Positions 1-9,542 of a DNA stretch of 64,000 bases are shown piece after piece. The notes beneath the pieces are model-generated. The model ran no database searches. It saw nothing but the letters and a program-made list of their open reading frames with translations, and was not told the origin of the DNA. The position numbers and the translations under genes were made by a program. This stretch comes from an uncultured Candidatus Saccharibacteria bacterium (GTDB lineage Bacteria; Patescibacteriota; WWE3; UBA101185; 2-01-FULL-41-18). Every line of letters begins with the position of its first letter. The stretch's first letter is position 1. The stretch lies in NCBI GenBank assembly GCA_964636285.1, contig CAZWQF010000005.1, forward strand, positions 19,167 to 83,166, given 5' to 3'.

Positions 1-1196
1 TGTCAGAAAAAGACTCTGAGATTGCAAAATCCTTGAGAAGTGAAGATGTTATCTATGTCCATGGTATCGTTCAGAAAAGAAGTGAGAGGTCTATCAACCC
101 AAATCTAGAATCAGGATCAGTTGAGGTATTCGCAAAATCCTTAGAACTTATTGAAAAAGCCGAAACACTTCCATTTGATATGTCCGCCCAAGAACTTAAT
201 GTGGAACTTCCAACACTCTTAGACTACAGAGGTTTAACTTTAAGACACGCAAAAGTAAAGTCCATTTTTAGAATTCAGGAAGTTGTAATTGATGCCTTTA
301 GAAGATTCATGCAATCAAACGAATTCATGGAATTTCAAGCCCCTACTATGATACCAACCGTACCTGAAGGTGGTGCGGAGGTTTTTGAGGTTAAATATTT
401 TGATCATAAAGTTTATCTTGCGCAAAGCCCTCAATTATATAAGCAAATACTTACTGGAGCATTTGAGAGGGTCTTTTCGGTTAATAAAATTTGCAGGGCT
501 GAACCTTCTGTTACTACAAGGCACCTTACTGAAGCTATTAGTCTTGATGCCGAAATGGGCTTTATAGACTCTTGGGTAGATGTAAGATTGATGGCTGATG
601 CTACAATTAAATTTATTATAAAAGAGGTTGGAGAAAAGTGCTCAAAAGAACTTTTGCTACACCAAGAAGAGCTTCCAAAATTCATTGATAACACTCCTTG
701 TGTGACATTAAGAGAAGCACAGGAACTTATTTTCAAACGAACAGGAAGAGACATCAGAAAAGAAAAAGATCTTGATCCAGAAGGCGAAAGAGAAATGTGT
801 AGGTGGGCTCTTGAAGAGCATGGTTCAGACCTTGTGTTTGTTTCACATTTTCCAACAAAGATGAGGCCTTTTTATACATACCCAGACGATGAAAACCCTG
901 AATTTAACCAGGGATTTGATTTGCTTGGAAAGGGCGTTGAATGGCTGACAGGTGGTAGAAGAATAAGTAACTATGAAACACTAATGAAGAATGCAAAGAC
1001 TTGGGGCGTAAATGCTGAAAAGCTAGGTTTATACTTACAATCATTTGCGTATGGAATGCCCCCAGAGGGTGGTTTTGCGTTTGGTGCTGAAAGGATAACT
1101 CAGAATATCCTAGGGCTTAAAAATATCAGAGAAGCCAGCTTATTCCCTAGGGATATGGAAAGAGTAGACTTTAGGTTGTCAACTCTTGAGGATTAG
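1..1196 (+). CDS. aspS: Aspartyl-tRNA synthetase, class IIb, archaeal/eukaryal type. The 5' end lies upstream of the window; the reading frame is open back to position 3.
   Basis: Class II motifs are present: QSPQLYKQ (motif 1-like), FRAE (motif 2 region) and GGFAFGAERI (motif 3). It resembles the AspRS2/AsnRS family. There is no in-frame stop upstream, so the ORF continues past the window edge. Confidence 0.75.
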   Translation, partial: SEKDSEIAKSLRSEDVIYVHGIVQKRSERSINPNLESGSVEVFAKSLELIEKAETLPFDMSAQELNVELPTLLDYRGLTLRHAKVKSIFRIQEVVIDAFRRFMQSNEFMEFQAPTMIPTVPEGGAEVFEVKYFDHKVYLAQSPQLYKQILTGAFERVFSVNKICRAEPSVTTRHLTEAISLDAEMGFIDSWVDVRLMADATIKFIIKEVGEKCSKELLLHQEELPKFIDNTPCVTLREAQELIFKRTGRDIRKEKDLDPEGEREMCRWALEEHGSDLVFVSHFPTKMRPFYTYPDDENPEFNQGFDLLGKGVEWLTGGRRISNYETLMKNAKTWGVNAEKLGLYLQSFAYGMPPEGGFAFGAERITQNILGLKNIREASLFPRDMERVDFRLSTLED

Positions 1197-1253
1197 CACC
1201 CTTCTACTGTGCCATTGGACATAACTGGTAATTTGAAATAATCTTTACCTACT

Positions 1254-2342
1254 ATGGTAAAAAAGGCTAAGAAGTTTCATAAGGGGGCTAGTAGGCAAAG
1301 AGATGAATCTAAATGGGACTCTAAATCTGGTGTAGAGACAGCTCCAGAGCTTAAAATAGAGCCCGTAAATTCTGATGCTACTAGTAAGACTAAGGTTGCT
1401 AGTAAGCCTTTTTCACTACATTTAAGATCAATAATTACTCAGAAAGTAGTTAAATCCTCTGTAAGAGTAGCCCTAGGTGCTTTTTCGCTTGCACTTGTGG
1501 TCTTAATTGTTAATGCACTCTCAGTTAAGCCTGGAAATACAGTTTTGGGTAGTAGCTCAAAGGCACTCAATACAAAAGCAGTCAAGGAATCAACCTTATC
1601 TGCAGTCCCGTTACCTAATATCAGTGCTGTATCCGCAATTTCTGTCAGTACCAAGCAAAACAAAATTCTTTTTGCAAAGAATCCAGATTTAAAGCTGCCT
1701 CCAGCTTCAACAACCAAAATATTAACGGCATTAGTCTCTATTAAAGACTTTAACTTAGATGAAGTTATTAGTGTTCCTGAAGAATGTACAAAAGTTGAGA
1801 GCTCTAAAATGGGATTATTTGCAGGCGAAAAAATGAACGTTGAAACACTTCTATATGGCCTATTAGTACCTTCAGCTGGAGATGCAGCATGTACACTTGC
1901 AAGTAATCACTTTTCTTCTGGAGCCTTTTTGGTGAAGATGAATGAGCTAGCAAAGAAGATTGGCCTTGCAGAAACAAATTTTACAAATGTTGTAGGGCTT
2001 GATAGTGATGATGGAACACATGTATCCAGTGCAAGAGATCTGTATTTAATGAGCAAAGAAGCTATGAAAAATGGAACCTTCAGAAAGATTGTTGGTACAA
2101 AAGAAACAACATTATATTCAGTTGATGGGAAGTATTCGCATCACATTGTCAGTACCAACAAGCTCTTGTTTGAGCTCCCTGGAACACTTGGAATAAAGAC
2201 AGGAACTACGCCTATGGCAAAGGAAGTTTTGGTGTATTCTTATCAGCATAAAGATGATGAAATACTTATAGTTGTTATGGGAAGTTCAGACAGGTTCGGG
2301 GACACAAAAGCTATTCTTAATTACTCAATTCTAACTTACTAG
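1254..2342 (+). CDS. D-alanyl-D-alanine carboxypeptidase (peptidase S11, PBP5/6-like) with an N-terminal membrane anchor.
   Basis: An SxxK active-site motif sits in PPASTTKILTA and a SAGDAA (SxN-like) motif follows. The N-terminal TM helix and overall DacA-like length fit. Confidence 0.65.
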   Translation: MVKKAKKFHKGASRQRDESKWDSKSGVETAPELKIEPVNSDATSKTKVASKPFSLHLRSIITQKVVKSSVRVALGAFSLALVVLIVNALSVKPGNTVLGSSSKALNTKAVKESTLSAVPLPNISAVSAISVSTKQNKILFAKNPDLKLPPASTTKILTALVSIKDFNLDEVISVPEECTKVESSKMGLFAGEKMNVETLLYGLLVPSAGDAACTLASNHFSSGAFLVKMNELAKKIGLAETNFTNVVGLDSDDGTHVSSARDLYLMSKEAMKNGTFRKIVGTKETTLYSVDGKYSHHIVSTNKLLFELPGTLGIKTGTTPMAKEVLVYSYQHKDDEILIVVMGSSDRFGDTKAILNYSILTY

Positions 2343-2361
2343 CAATAATAAGTGTCATAAA

Positions 2362-3486
2362 CTATTGGAAGTGCTTTGGATGCACTGCAGGGTAATAAAT
2401 TGCAATATCTCCTCTTTGGTTTTCAGGTGTCAAGAATGTCCCTTTGAAAATGTAGATTGGTTGTAAGTACTTTTGTGGTTCAAGGGAATCATAATAAGCA
2501 AAGGTGACCTCATCAATAAATATCTCTGAGATTGCTACTGGTTGGTATTCCTCAAATGCACTTGCAGTTTTTAGTTTAGCCTTTGTGATAAACCCTTCGT
2601 GAGCTGAAATTTTCTTCCATGCTTCAGAAAGGGGCAAAGGAGTGTATTTACCAAATGTTTTGGACTCAAGTTCCCAAACGTGCGCTGTGATTTTTAAGTA
2701 CTTGAGCTTTGAATCCGAAGAGTTTGCAACCGTAACTGAAAGCGGGCTATCGTCATACCTGCTCCCAACAAGTGGTATCTTGTAAAGTGTTCTTGTGAAA
2801 TCGACTTTTGCTACTGTGTAGTCTAAAGGTGTTGTAGTTTCAATTAGCCTACCATTTTGGAATTTCCCCATTACAATAGAGGGTTGGTTTGAATTTCTGT
2901 TGTAGAAAGAGTCGTTAAGATACCCTAGTGACGTTAAAATTTCTTTGGCATCCTCTGTTGCTAGGGTGTTGTAGGACGAATTGGTTGTGAAGGAGCTTTT
3001 CTCGATATTAGGTATATTCACTTTGTAGTCTAGAGTATTAGCGGAGATGTTTATTTGAAGTTCTCTGGATAGATTTTTGTCTAGCCATGTATAGGTACTT
3101 GTTCCAAAACCGCTTGTATTGTCCTCTCCAAAAAATTTGAGTATTGCGGCCTTATTTTGGGCTGCTTGCCCAGTACCAAATGTAGGTCTTTGGGGGGTAA
3201 ACTCAAAAATATTTGCAAGATCTGGCGTAATTCCGCTGGGCAAGGCACCGTTTTTTGTGTTAAGGACATACTTAGGTTTGGATTGAGATGCAAGGTTCAG
3301 GCCTGTTATTTTGGGCGCTGGAATCTTTCCATACAACAGTACAGGCTTCTCTTTTGACGGCAGAATATTGTTCGCTATTTGAGATAAAAGAGGATAAGAA
3401 AAGTATATTGCAAAGTAGATAGCAAGAAATACAGCGAATAAAGCTATGCCTGCTCTTGCAACTTTTGACATCTGAGTTAAGTTCAT
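2362..3486 (-). CDS. Hypothetical membrane-anchored extracytoplasmic protein.
   Basis: A 374-aa ORF with an N-terminal TM helix (IALFAVFLAIYFAIYF). No recognisable catalytic motif. Confidence 0.45.
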   Translation of the reverse strand: MNLTQMSKVARAGIALFAVFLAIYFAIYFSYPLLSQIANNILPSKEKPVLLYGKIPAPKITGLNLASQSKPKYVLNTKNGALPSGITPDLANIFEFTPQRPTFGTGQAAQNKAAILKFFGEDNTSGFGTSTYTWLDKNLSRELQINISANTLDYKVNIPNIEKSSFTTNSSYNTLATEDAKEILTSLGYLNDSFYNRNSNQPSIVMGKFQNGRLIETTTPLDYTVAKVDFTRTLYKIPLVGSRYDDSPLSVTVANSSDSKLKYLKITAHVWELESKTFGKYTPLPLSEAWKKISAHEGFITKAKLKTASAFEEYQPVAISEIFIDEVTFAYYDSLEPQKYLQPIYIFKGTFLTPENQRGDIAIYYPAVHPKHFQ

Positions 3487-3534
3487 TCTAAGCTTATACT
3501 ATCACCATTTTTTGATGCCTGTCCATGCTACAAT

Positions 3535-4995
3535 ATGATTATGAATGTGCGAACAAGGATGGCCCCAAGTCCGACAGGTGAATACCATATTGGTCACATC
3601 AGAACTGTACTTTTTAACTGCGCCCTAGCAAAGGCAAATAAAGGGAAGTTTATTATTCGAATAGAAGATACGGATAGAGAGAGGTTTGTAGAAGGGGCAG
3701 TAGATAGAATACTGGACGTTATTAAAGATTATGGTTTGGCATGGGATGAAGGTCCTAGGGTAGGTGGTGATTTTGCCCCGTATGTTCAATCTGAAAGGTT
3801 AGATTTATATAAGGAGTACGCAAAAAAACTTGTTGAAGCAGGGCACGCTTACTACTGCTTTTGTACGCCTGACAGGCTTGATGAAGTTAGAAAACTTCAG
3901 CAGGAACAAAAGCTTCCGGTCACAAAATATGATAGGCACTGCATCTCGCTTACTTCAGAAGAGATCTCTAAAAACCTTGATAAGAAAATGCCATATGTAA
4001 TTAGGCTCAAGGTTCCACAAAATCAGACTATTGATTTTACAGATGAGGTGCTAGGCGCAATGTCCATTAATTCTAATGATATTGACGACTCTGTGCTTTT
4101 AAAATCCGATGGTTACCCTACCTATCACTTAGCCGTTGTTATTGATGATCATCTAATGAAGGTGTCTCATGTTATGCGAGGTATAGATTGGCTCCCCTCA
4201 ACGCCAAAACACGTACTTCTTTATAGGGCATTTGGCTGGGAAATCCCAAAGCTTGTTCACTTACCAAATCTCAAAGAAAAAGGTGAGAACAAAAAACTCT
4301 CAAAAAGGTTTGGTTCCGTCTATGCTATCAGCTTCTTGGAAGAGGGCTATCTCCCTGAGGCGCTAGTCAACTTTTGTATGCTACTTGGATGGAATCCTGG
4401 AACAGAGCAAGAAATTATCTCGCTGGATGAATTTATAAAAATGTTTTCAATTGAGAAGCTACATAAAAGTGATTTGGTAGCTTTTGATAGAGATAAACTT
4501 CTATGGATGAATGGACATTACATAAGGAGCCTTTCGCAAAAAGAACTTCTCTTAAAGCTTAGGAGTTGGGCAGATAAGTTTGGGCAAGATCTTGGGACAA
4601 CCGGTTTTGAGGATGACTATATCCAGAAAGCATTACTTTTGGTGCAGGATAGGATTAAGAGGCTCTCTGAGTTCAAAGAATACTCTGAATTCTTTTTTAA
4701 AGAGCCAAAAGTAGATCTGGACCTGGTCAAAAAGTTTGCAGGTGACAATCTGAAAAGTGTTGTTATGGCGTTTTATTCGTTATATGAATCCATAAAACCT
4801 GAAGATTGGAATTCCTCTAACCTTGACATGCTTTCCCATGAAGAGCTTACAAAACATGGCTTTAAAACAAAAGAAGCTTTCATGACACTTAGGGTTTTAC
4901 TTTCAGGAAAAGAGGCAACGCCTCCGCTTTTTGACATCATGGAACTTCTTGGAAAGAAAGTTGTCCTTGAAAGACTAGGGCACTTTACTTCATAA
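3535..4995 (+). CDS. gltX: Glutamyl-tRNA synthetase.
   Basis: The class I HIGH motif (PSPTGEYHIGHIRT) and KMSKS motif (KLSKR) are present. The N-terminus (RMAPSPTG) is typical of GluRS. Confidence 0.9.
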   Translation: MIMNVRTRMAPSPTGEYHIGHIRTVLFNCALAKANKGKFIIRIEDTDRERFVEGAVDRILDVIKDYGLAWDEGPRVGGDFAPYVQSERLDLYKEYAKKLVEAGHAYYCFCTPDRLDEVRKLQQEQKLPVTKYDRHCISLTSEEISKNLDKKMPYVIRLKVPQNQTIDFTDEVLGAMSINSNDIDDSVLLKSDGYPTYHLAVVIDDHLMKVSHVMRGIDWLPSTPKHVLLYRAFGWEIPKLVHLPNLKEKGENKKLSKRFGSVYAISFLEEGYLPEALVNFCMLLGWNPGTEQEIISLDEFIKMFSIEKLHKSDLVAFDRDKLLWMNGHYIRSLSQKELLLKLRSWADKFGQDLGTTGFEDDYIQKALLLVQDRIKRLSEFKEYSEFFFKEPKVDLDLVKKFAGDNLKSVVMAFYSLYESIKPEDWNSSNLDMLSHEELTKHGFKTKEAFMTLRVLLSGKEATPPLFDIMELLGKKVVLERLGHFTS

Positions 4996-5006
4996 TAGGT
5001 ACATCT

Positions 5007-6581
5007 ATGAACCTGCCCTTTTTCAAAGACAAAGATGATAAAGCAGTAAAAACATCTGGATCTAAAGAGTCTATACCTGCACTTATCAATCTTGTTTTAA
5101 CCGACTTTATTGCTACGAATGGCTTAAAGCTGGGCAAATCTTCCTTAAATTCTGTGCTTACAAGATATAATACAGAAGATTTCACCTCTCTAAACGACTC
5201 ACAAAAACAAGAATTTCTTGGATTGTTATACGAAAAATACAAAGATCTGTTTGGTTTTGACACTGCGTCCCAAGATCTTGAAAAAAGTGTGAAGAGCGTT
5301 GTGTCCAGGTTTGGGGTATCAAAAGGTTATCTTGAGCTTCTTGAAATTTTACCGTCTGGTGTTTTGGAATCCGAAAAAGTATCTACTCTTGGGAGAGACG
5401 AGCTTGAAAACGTAGTAAGAGATAAAACAAAACTTTTAGAGCAAACAAGGTCCGAGCTTGAAAAAAGAATCAATGAAAGAACTTCAGAGCTTGACGCTGA
5501 GAGAAACAGGTTTAGGATGGTCCTTTATAACGTTGTAGATGGCGTATTTGCTTTGGATAAACAAAAGAGAGTAATTGCCTTCAACAAGTCTATTGAGGAC
5601 ATGACTGGCTTTCTAGAGGCTCAGGTGCTAGGAAACAGTGTTGATGACTTTGTAAAATTTTTTGATAGAGAAGGGTCACAACTAACATCAGATATCTATT
5701 CACCTACAATTAAACTCATTGAAGACAAAAGTGTTTATAAGGCCGAAAATGTAATTTTAAAAGGCAGAAACAATAAAGAGTTCCACGTAAATCTTGTCAG
5801 TAGTGTTATAAACGAAGGTTCTGGAACAAACGTTGGTTGCATTGTTACAGTTCACGATATTACTTCGCAAAGAGAGCTTGAAACAATGAAGCTTGATTTT
5901 GTCTCCATTGCTGCACACGAGCTAAGAACTCCTTTGACCGCAATTAGAGGCTACCTCTCTTTGTTAATTTCAGAGAATGAGGCAGCAAATATCTTAAATG
6001 AAGATCAAAGGGCGTACCTAGAAAGAGCATATTTAAGCTCAAACCAGCTTTTTTCGCTTGTTGAGAACCTTTTAAATGTAGCCAGAATTGAAAGAGGTTC
6101 TGTTGTGGTTGATAAGTCGGAAGTCGAATGGGCCCCTCTTGTTTCGCAAATTGTGCAGAGTTTTAATAGCCTTGCTGCCGAGAGAAAAGTTAAATTGACA
6201 TTTATGCCCATAGATACTTCAACAAAAGTAATGGTTGACGCAATTATGATTGGAGAGGTTATCTCAAACCTACTTGATAACGCAATCAGGTACACACATT
6301 CAGGTGGTAGCGTGCTTGTTTTCCTTGAAGCCACGGACAAATTCATAATTACACATATCAAGGACGACGGGCAGGGAATCCCACAGGAATCTGTTCAACA
6401 CTTGTTCAATAAGTTCTATAGAGTCTCAGGAGTTTTGGAGCAAGGGTCAAAAGGTACAGGTTTAGGATTGTACATCTCCAAAGAAATAGTAAAATTACAT
6501 GGAGGGGACATTTGGGTAGAGAGCGAACTAGGAAAGGGAAGTGTATTTAGTTTTAGCGTTCCGCGCGTTACGATTGGTTAA
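5007..6581 (+). CDS. Sensor histidine kinase, apparently cytoplasmic, with PAS, HisKA and HATPase domains.
   Basis: The H-box (AAHELRTPLTAIRGY) and the G-box (GTGLGLYISKEIV) are present. A PAS-like segment precedes them and there is no N-terminal TM helix. Confidence 0.8.
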   Translation: MNLPFFKDKDDKAVKTSGSKESIPALINLVLTDFIATNGLKLGKSSLNSVLTRYNTEDFTSLNDSQKQEFLGLLYEKYKDLFGFDTASQDLEKSVKSVVSRFGVSKGYLELLEILPSGVLESEKVSTLGRDELENVVRDKTKLLEQTRSELEKRINERTSELDAERNRFRMVLYNVVDGVFALDKQKRVIAFNKSIEDMTGFLEAQVLGNSVDDFVKFFDREGSQLTSDIYSPTIKLIEDKSVYKAENVILKGRNNKEFHVNLVSSVINEGSGTNVGCIVTVHDITSQRELETMKLDFVSIAAHELRTPLTAIRGYLSLLISENEAANILNEDQRAYLERAYLSSNQLFSLVENLLNVARIERGSVVVDKSEVEWAPLVSQIVQSFNSLAAERKVKLTFMPIDTSTKVMVDAIMIGEVISNLLDNAIRYTHSGGSVLVFLEATDKFIITHIKDDGQGIPQESVQHLFNKFYRVSGVLEQGSKGTGLGLYISKEIVKLHGGDIWVESELGKGSVFSFSVPRVTIG

Positions 6582-6583
6582 AT

Positions 6584-6985
6584 ATGAAAAAAAGAATCTT
6601 ACTCGTTGAAGACGAAATTTTTATTAGAGAGTTATATCAAAAAGTTTTAACAAATGCTGGATATGATGTTGTTCCTACAGAAGACGGTCAAGCTGGTCTT
6701 GATAAGGCAAAGTCAGAGAAGTTTGACATGATTCTTCTAGACATCATGCTTCCAAAGATGACCGGTATTGACGTACTTAAAGAAGTCAGAAAAGATCCTT
6801 CGGAGTACTTGAAGACGGTTCCGATCTTCCTTCTAACAAACCTGGGCCAGGAATCTATCATTAAAGAGGCTTTTAAAATAGGTGCAAATGGATACCTGTT
6901 AAAAGCAAAGTACTTGCCAAATCAAATCATCAACGAAGTAGATGCTTACTTTAAGAACAATCCTACTGCCCCTGTAAGTCAATAA
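6584..6985 (+). CDS. Single-domain response regulator (CheY-like receiver only).
   Basis: The receiver signature residues are present (LLVEDE ... LLDIMLPKMTG ... K). There is no output domain (133 aa). The start lies 3 nt after the kinase stop. Confidence 0.8.
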   Translation: MKKRILLVEDEIFIRELYQKVLTNAGYDVVPTEDGQAGLDKAKSEKFDMILLDIMLPKMTGIDVLKEVRKDPSEYLKTVPIFLLTNLGQESIIKEAFKIGANGYLLKAKYLPNQIINEVDAYFKNNPTAPVSQ

Positions 6986-7059
6986 TTTCAGGTTTGTTAT
7001 ATTATGTATGGGAGAAGACTTGCTTAGTTAAGTCTTATAGTTTAATATACTGGGTTAGT

Positions 7060-7791
7060 ATGGCAAGAACAAAATCAACAAAAGAAGCGGAAAATAAAAA
7101 GAAAGGCAGAAAGCCTAAAATAAAAGAAGAAGTGTTAGATACTCTTACGGTTGATTCGGAGTCACTTCCAATCGAGACTGTAGATTCTTCAACAGACCAG
7201 TCTAAATCAAAATCCATTTTTTCAGGAATTTTTGTCAAAGTTTTGCTTCTTGCATTAGTTCTAGGAGGTATTGGTTACTACGTTTACACGCATAAGTCAG
7301 ACTTTATTGCAGCAAGGGTAGATGGAGACCTTATTCTTACGTCCAAACTAAATAAAAAAATGACAGAAAGATATGGAAAGCAGACGCTCGACGATCTTAT
7401 TACTGTCACCCTCATAGAAAGAGAGCTAGCAAAGAATAATATTAAGGTTGAAGACCAGGAGATTTCTGACAAGGTAAAAGAAATTGAAAAAACATTGCAA
7501 GGATATACACTTGAACAGGCTCTTACAGCACAGGGGATGACAATGTCCCAGCTTTCAGAGAACTTAAAGCTTCAGATTGGGCTAAAAAAGCTTCTTACAG
7601 ATAAAGTCACTGTTTCTCAGCAAGAAGTAGAAGACTATATAAAGCAGAACGGTTCAGTACTTACCTCAGAAGACGATGAAGGTAAGAAAAAGGAAGCTGA
7701 AAGTATCCTTAAAGATCAGAAGCTTGGAGATGAGATTAACAAGCTAGTTACCGACCTCAAAGCAAAAGCAAAAGTAGAGAAGTACCTATAA
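7060..7791 (+). CDS. Membrane-anchored SurA/PpiD N-terminal-domain-like chaperone-like protein, with no PPIase domain.
   Basis: One TM helix (FVKVLLLALVLGGIGYYVY) is followed by a coiled-coil-rich region resembling the SurA N-domain. The start was moved from the longest ORF (6994) to the ATG at 7060. Confidence 0.4.
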   Translation: MARTKSTKEAENKKKGRKPKIKEEVLDTLTVDSESLPIETVDSSTDQSKSKSIFSGIFVKVLLLALVLGGIGYYVYTHKSDFIAARVDGDLILTSKLNKKMTERYGKQTLDDLITVTLIERELAKNNIKVEDQEISDKVKEIEKTLQGYTLEQALTAQGMTMSQLSENLKLQIGLKKLLTDKVTVSQQEVEDYIKQNGSVLTSEDDEGKKKEAESILKDQKLGDEINKLVTDLKAKAKVEKYL

Positions 7792-7830
7792 TATTTCTCT
7801 ATTGCATGGCTTAGTGGTATCATTTTTCCT

Positions 7831-9513
7831 GTGAGCGCTATATCTGAGCAAATAAAACAGAAAGTATCATCTTTTTTTTCAGCAAGATATTCTATTTCCC
7901 CTCAAAAAATCGAAGTCTTGAAAACTACAAACCCTGAGTTTGGAGACCTTTACACCAATGGGGCAATGATTGGCGGCAAGATACTATCCAAATCTCCACT
8001 TGATGTTGCTAACGAACTAAAATGTTATTTAGGAGATTCAGAGGAGTACTCAGTTGAAGTTGTATCTCCTGGATTTGTAAACTTTAGGTTTAGTCCCAAA
8101 TACTTAACAAAAGAGCTTAGGGAAATTCTTAAAAACACAGAAAAATATGGTTCATCAGATCTTACTCCAGTATTTGGTAAATCCAAGGTTGTAGTAGAGT
8201 ACTCATCCCCAAACATTGCAAAACCCTTTGGAATTGGTCACCTTAGATCAACAATTATTGGAGATGTAGCTGCCAACCTACTTTGTTTTGCAGGGATAGA
8301 TGTAATAAGAGATAACCACCTTGGGGATTGGGGCACTCAATTTGGAAAGCTAATCTATGCAATAAGACAGTGGGGTAATGAGAATGATATTTCTTTATCA
8401 CAAAGCCCTATCAAGGATCTTTTTAACCTTTATGTACGCTTTCATGCAGAAGCTGAAGTTAATCCCGATTTGGAAGACGAAGGGAGAGCCTGGTTTAAGA
8501 AACTTGAGGCAGGCGATCCTGAGGCAAAAAGGGTCTGGAAGCTTTGCATAGACCTGTCTTTGAAAGAATTTAATAGGGTTTACAGTCTCCTTGGGGTAAA
8601 ATTTGACACCTTACTTGGCGAAAGCTTTTTTGAAGATAAAATGAGCCCTATTGTTGCAGAGCTTGAAGAAAAGAAGTTTCTGACTGAGAGCGAAGGGGCA
8701 AAGCTTGTGTTTTTTAAAGACGATAAATATCCGCCTTTAATGATTATAAAAAAAGATGGCACTACCCTCTATGCAACAAGGGATTTGGCAACTGATAAGT
8801 ACAGGCTTCAAACATATGGAGAAGATACAAGAATAATTAATGAAGTAGGCGCGGAGCAGAGTCTTTATTTCAATCAACTTATTGAGCTCGAGAAGATGCT
8901 TGGGTGGGTAAAAGAGGGTCAGAAAGTCCACTTGAAGCACGGGCTTTACAGGTTTAAAGACAGAAAAATGTCCACTAGAAAGGGTGATATTATTTGGCTC
9001 GATGACATTTTAAGCACAGCGGTTGAAAAAGCATCTGCATATAATAAAGATGTTGCTTGGGAAGTTGCTGTTGGGGCTATTAAGTGGAATGACTTAAAAA
9101 CCGAATGTCACAAAGATGTCATTTTTGATTGGGATGAGATGCTTAATCTTAAGGGAAATACAGGTCCTTATGTGCAGTACACAAAAGCTAGAGCTGAAAG
9201 TATATTAAGAAAATCTGAAAAGCAGCTCTCTGACCTACCAACGAGTACAGAATATAATAATATTGAGCTTGAACTTGCAAGAGAATTGTCACAGTTCCCT
9301 CAAGTGATAAAGGATTGTACATTAGAGCTTGCGCCACATCACCTCTGTCACTATCTTTTTAACTTATCGCAATCTTATAATCAATTCTATGACCAGCACC
9401 GAATAATTGGATCAGATAGGGAAATACAAGGATTAGTTGTGTCAAAGTGTGTCTCAGTTGTTATCACTCAAGGGCTTAAGCTACTTGGTATCTCCTCCCC
9501 TTCCTCGTTGTAA
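7831..9513 (+). CDS. argS: Arginyl-tRNA synthetase.
   Basis: Class I HIGH-region motif (SSPNIAKPFGIGHLRST), an ArgRS-like N-terminal domain and a DALR-type C-terminal domain. GTG start. Confidence 0.9.
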   Translation: MSAISEQIKQKVSSFFSARYSISPQKIEVLKTTNPEFGDLYTNGAMIGGKILSKSPLDVANELKCYLGDSEEYSVEVVSPGFVNFRFSPKYLTKELREILKNTEKYGSSDLTPVFGKSKVVVEYSSPNIAKPFGIGHLRSTIIGDVAANLLCFAGIDVIRDNHLGDWGTQFGKLIYAIRQWGNENDISLSQSPIKDLFNLYVRFHAEAEVNPDLEDEGRAWFKKLEAGDPEAKRVWKLCIDLSLKEFNRVYSLLGVKFDTLLGESFFEDKMSPIVAELEEKKFLTESEGAKLVFFKDDKYPPLMIIKKDGTTLYATRDLATDKYRLQTYGEDTRIINEVGAEQSLYFNQLIELEKMLGWVKEGQKVHLKHGLYRFKDRKMSTRKGDIIWLDDILSTAVEKASAYNKDVAWEVAVGAIKWNDLKTECHKDVIFDWDEMLNLKGNTGPYVQYTKARAESILRKSEKQLSDLPTSTEYNNIELELARELSQFPQVIKDCTLELAPHHLCHYLFNLSQSYNQFYDQHRIIGSDREIQGLVVSKCVSVVITQGLKLLGISSPSSL

Positions 9514-9542
9514 AAACAGTGCGTTACCTTTAACATGATTCT

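Noticed and set aside
370-754. ORFs 370..567 (+) and 431..754 (-) inside the AspRS gene.
   Set aside because: They are wholly embedded in or antisense to a well-supported synthetase CDS and have low-complexity composition. Judged to be shadow ORFs.
1439-1717. Antisense and alternate-frame ORFs within the D-Ala-D-Ala carboxypeptidase gene.
   Set aside because: They overlap a CDS that carries clear SxxK active-site motifs, and nothing independent supports them.
3081-3357. ORFs 3081..3293 (-) and 3157..3357 (+) within the 2362..3486 gene.
   Set aside because: They are embedded or antisense small ORFs with no RBS or motif support.
6994-7059. Longer start for the SurA-like gene (MLYYVWEKTCLVKSYS...).
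   Set aside because: The extension has an unusual Trp/Cys/Tyr composition and no RBS. The ATG at 7060 gives a typical N-terminus before the TM helix.
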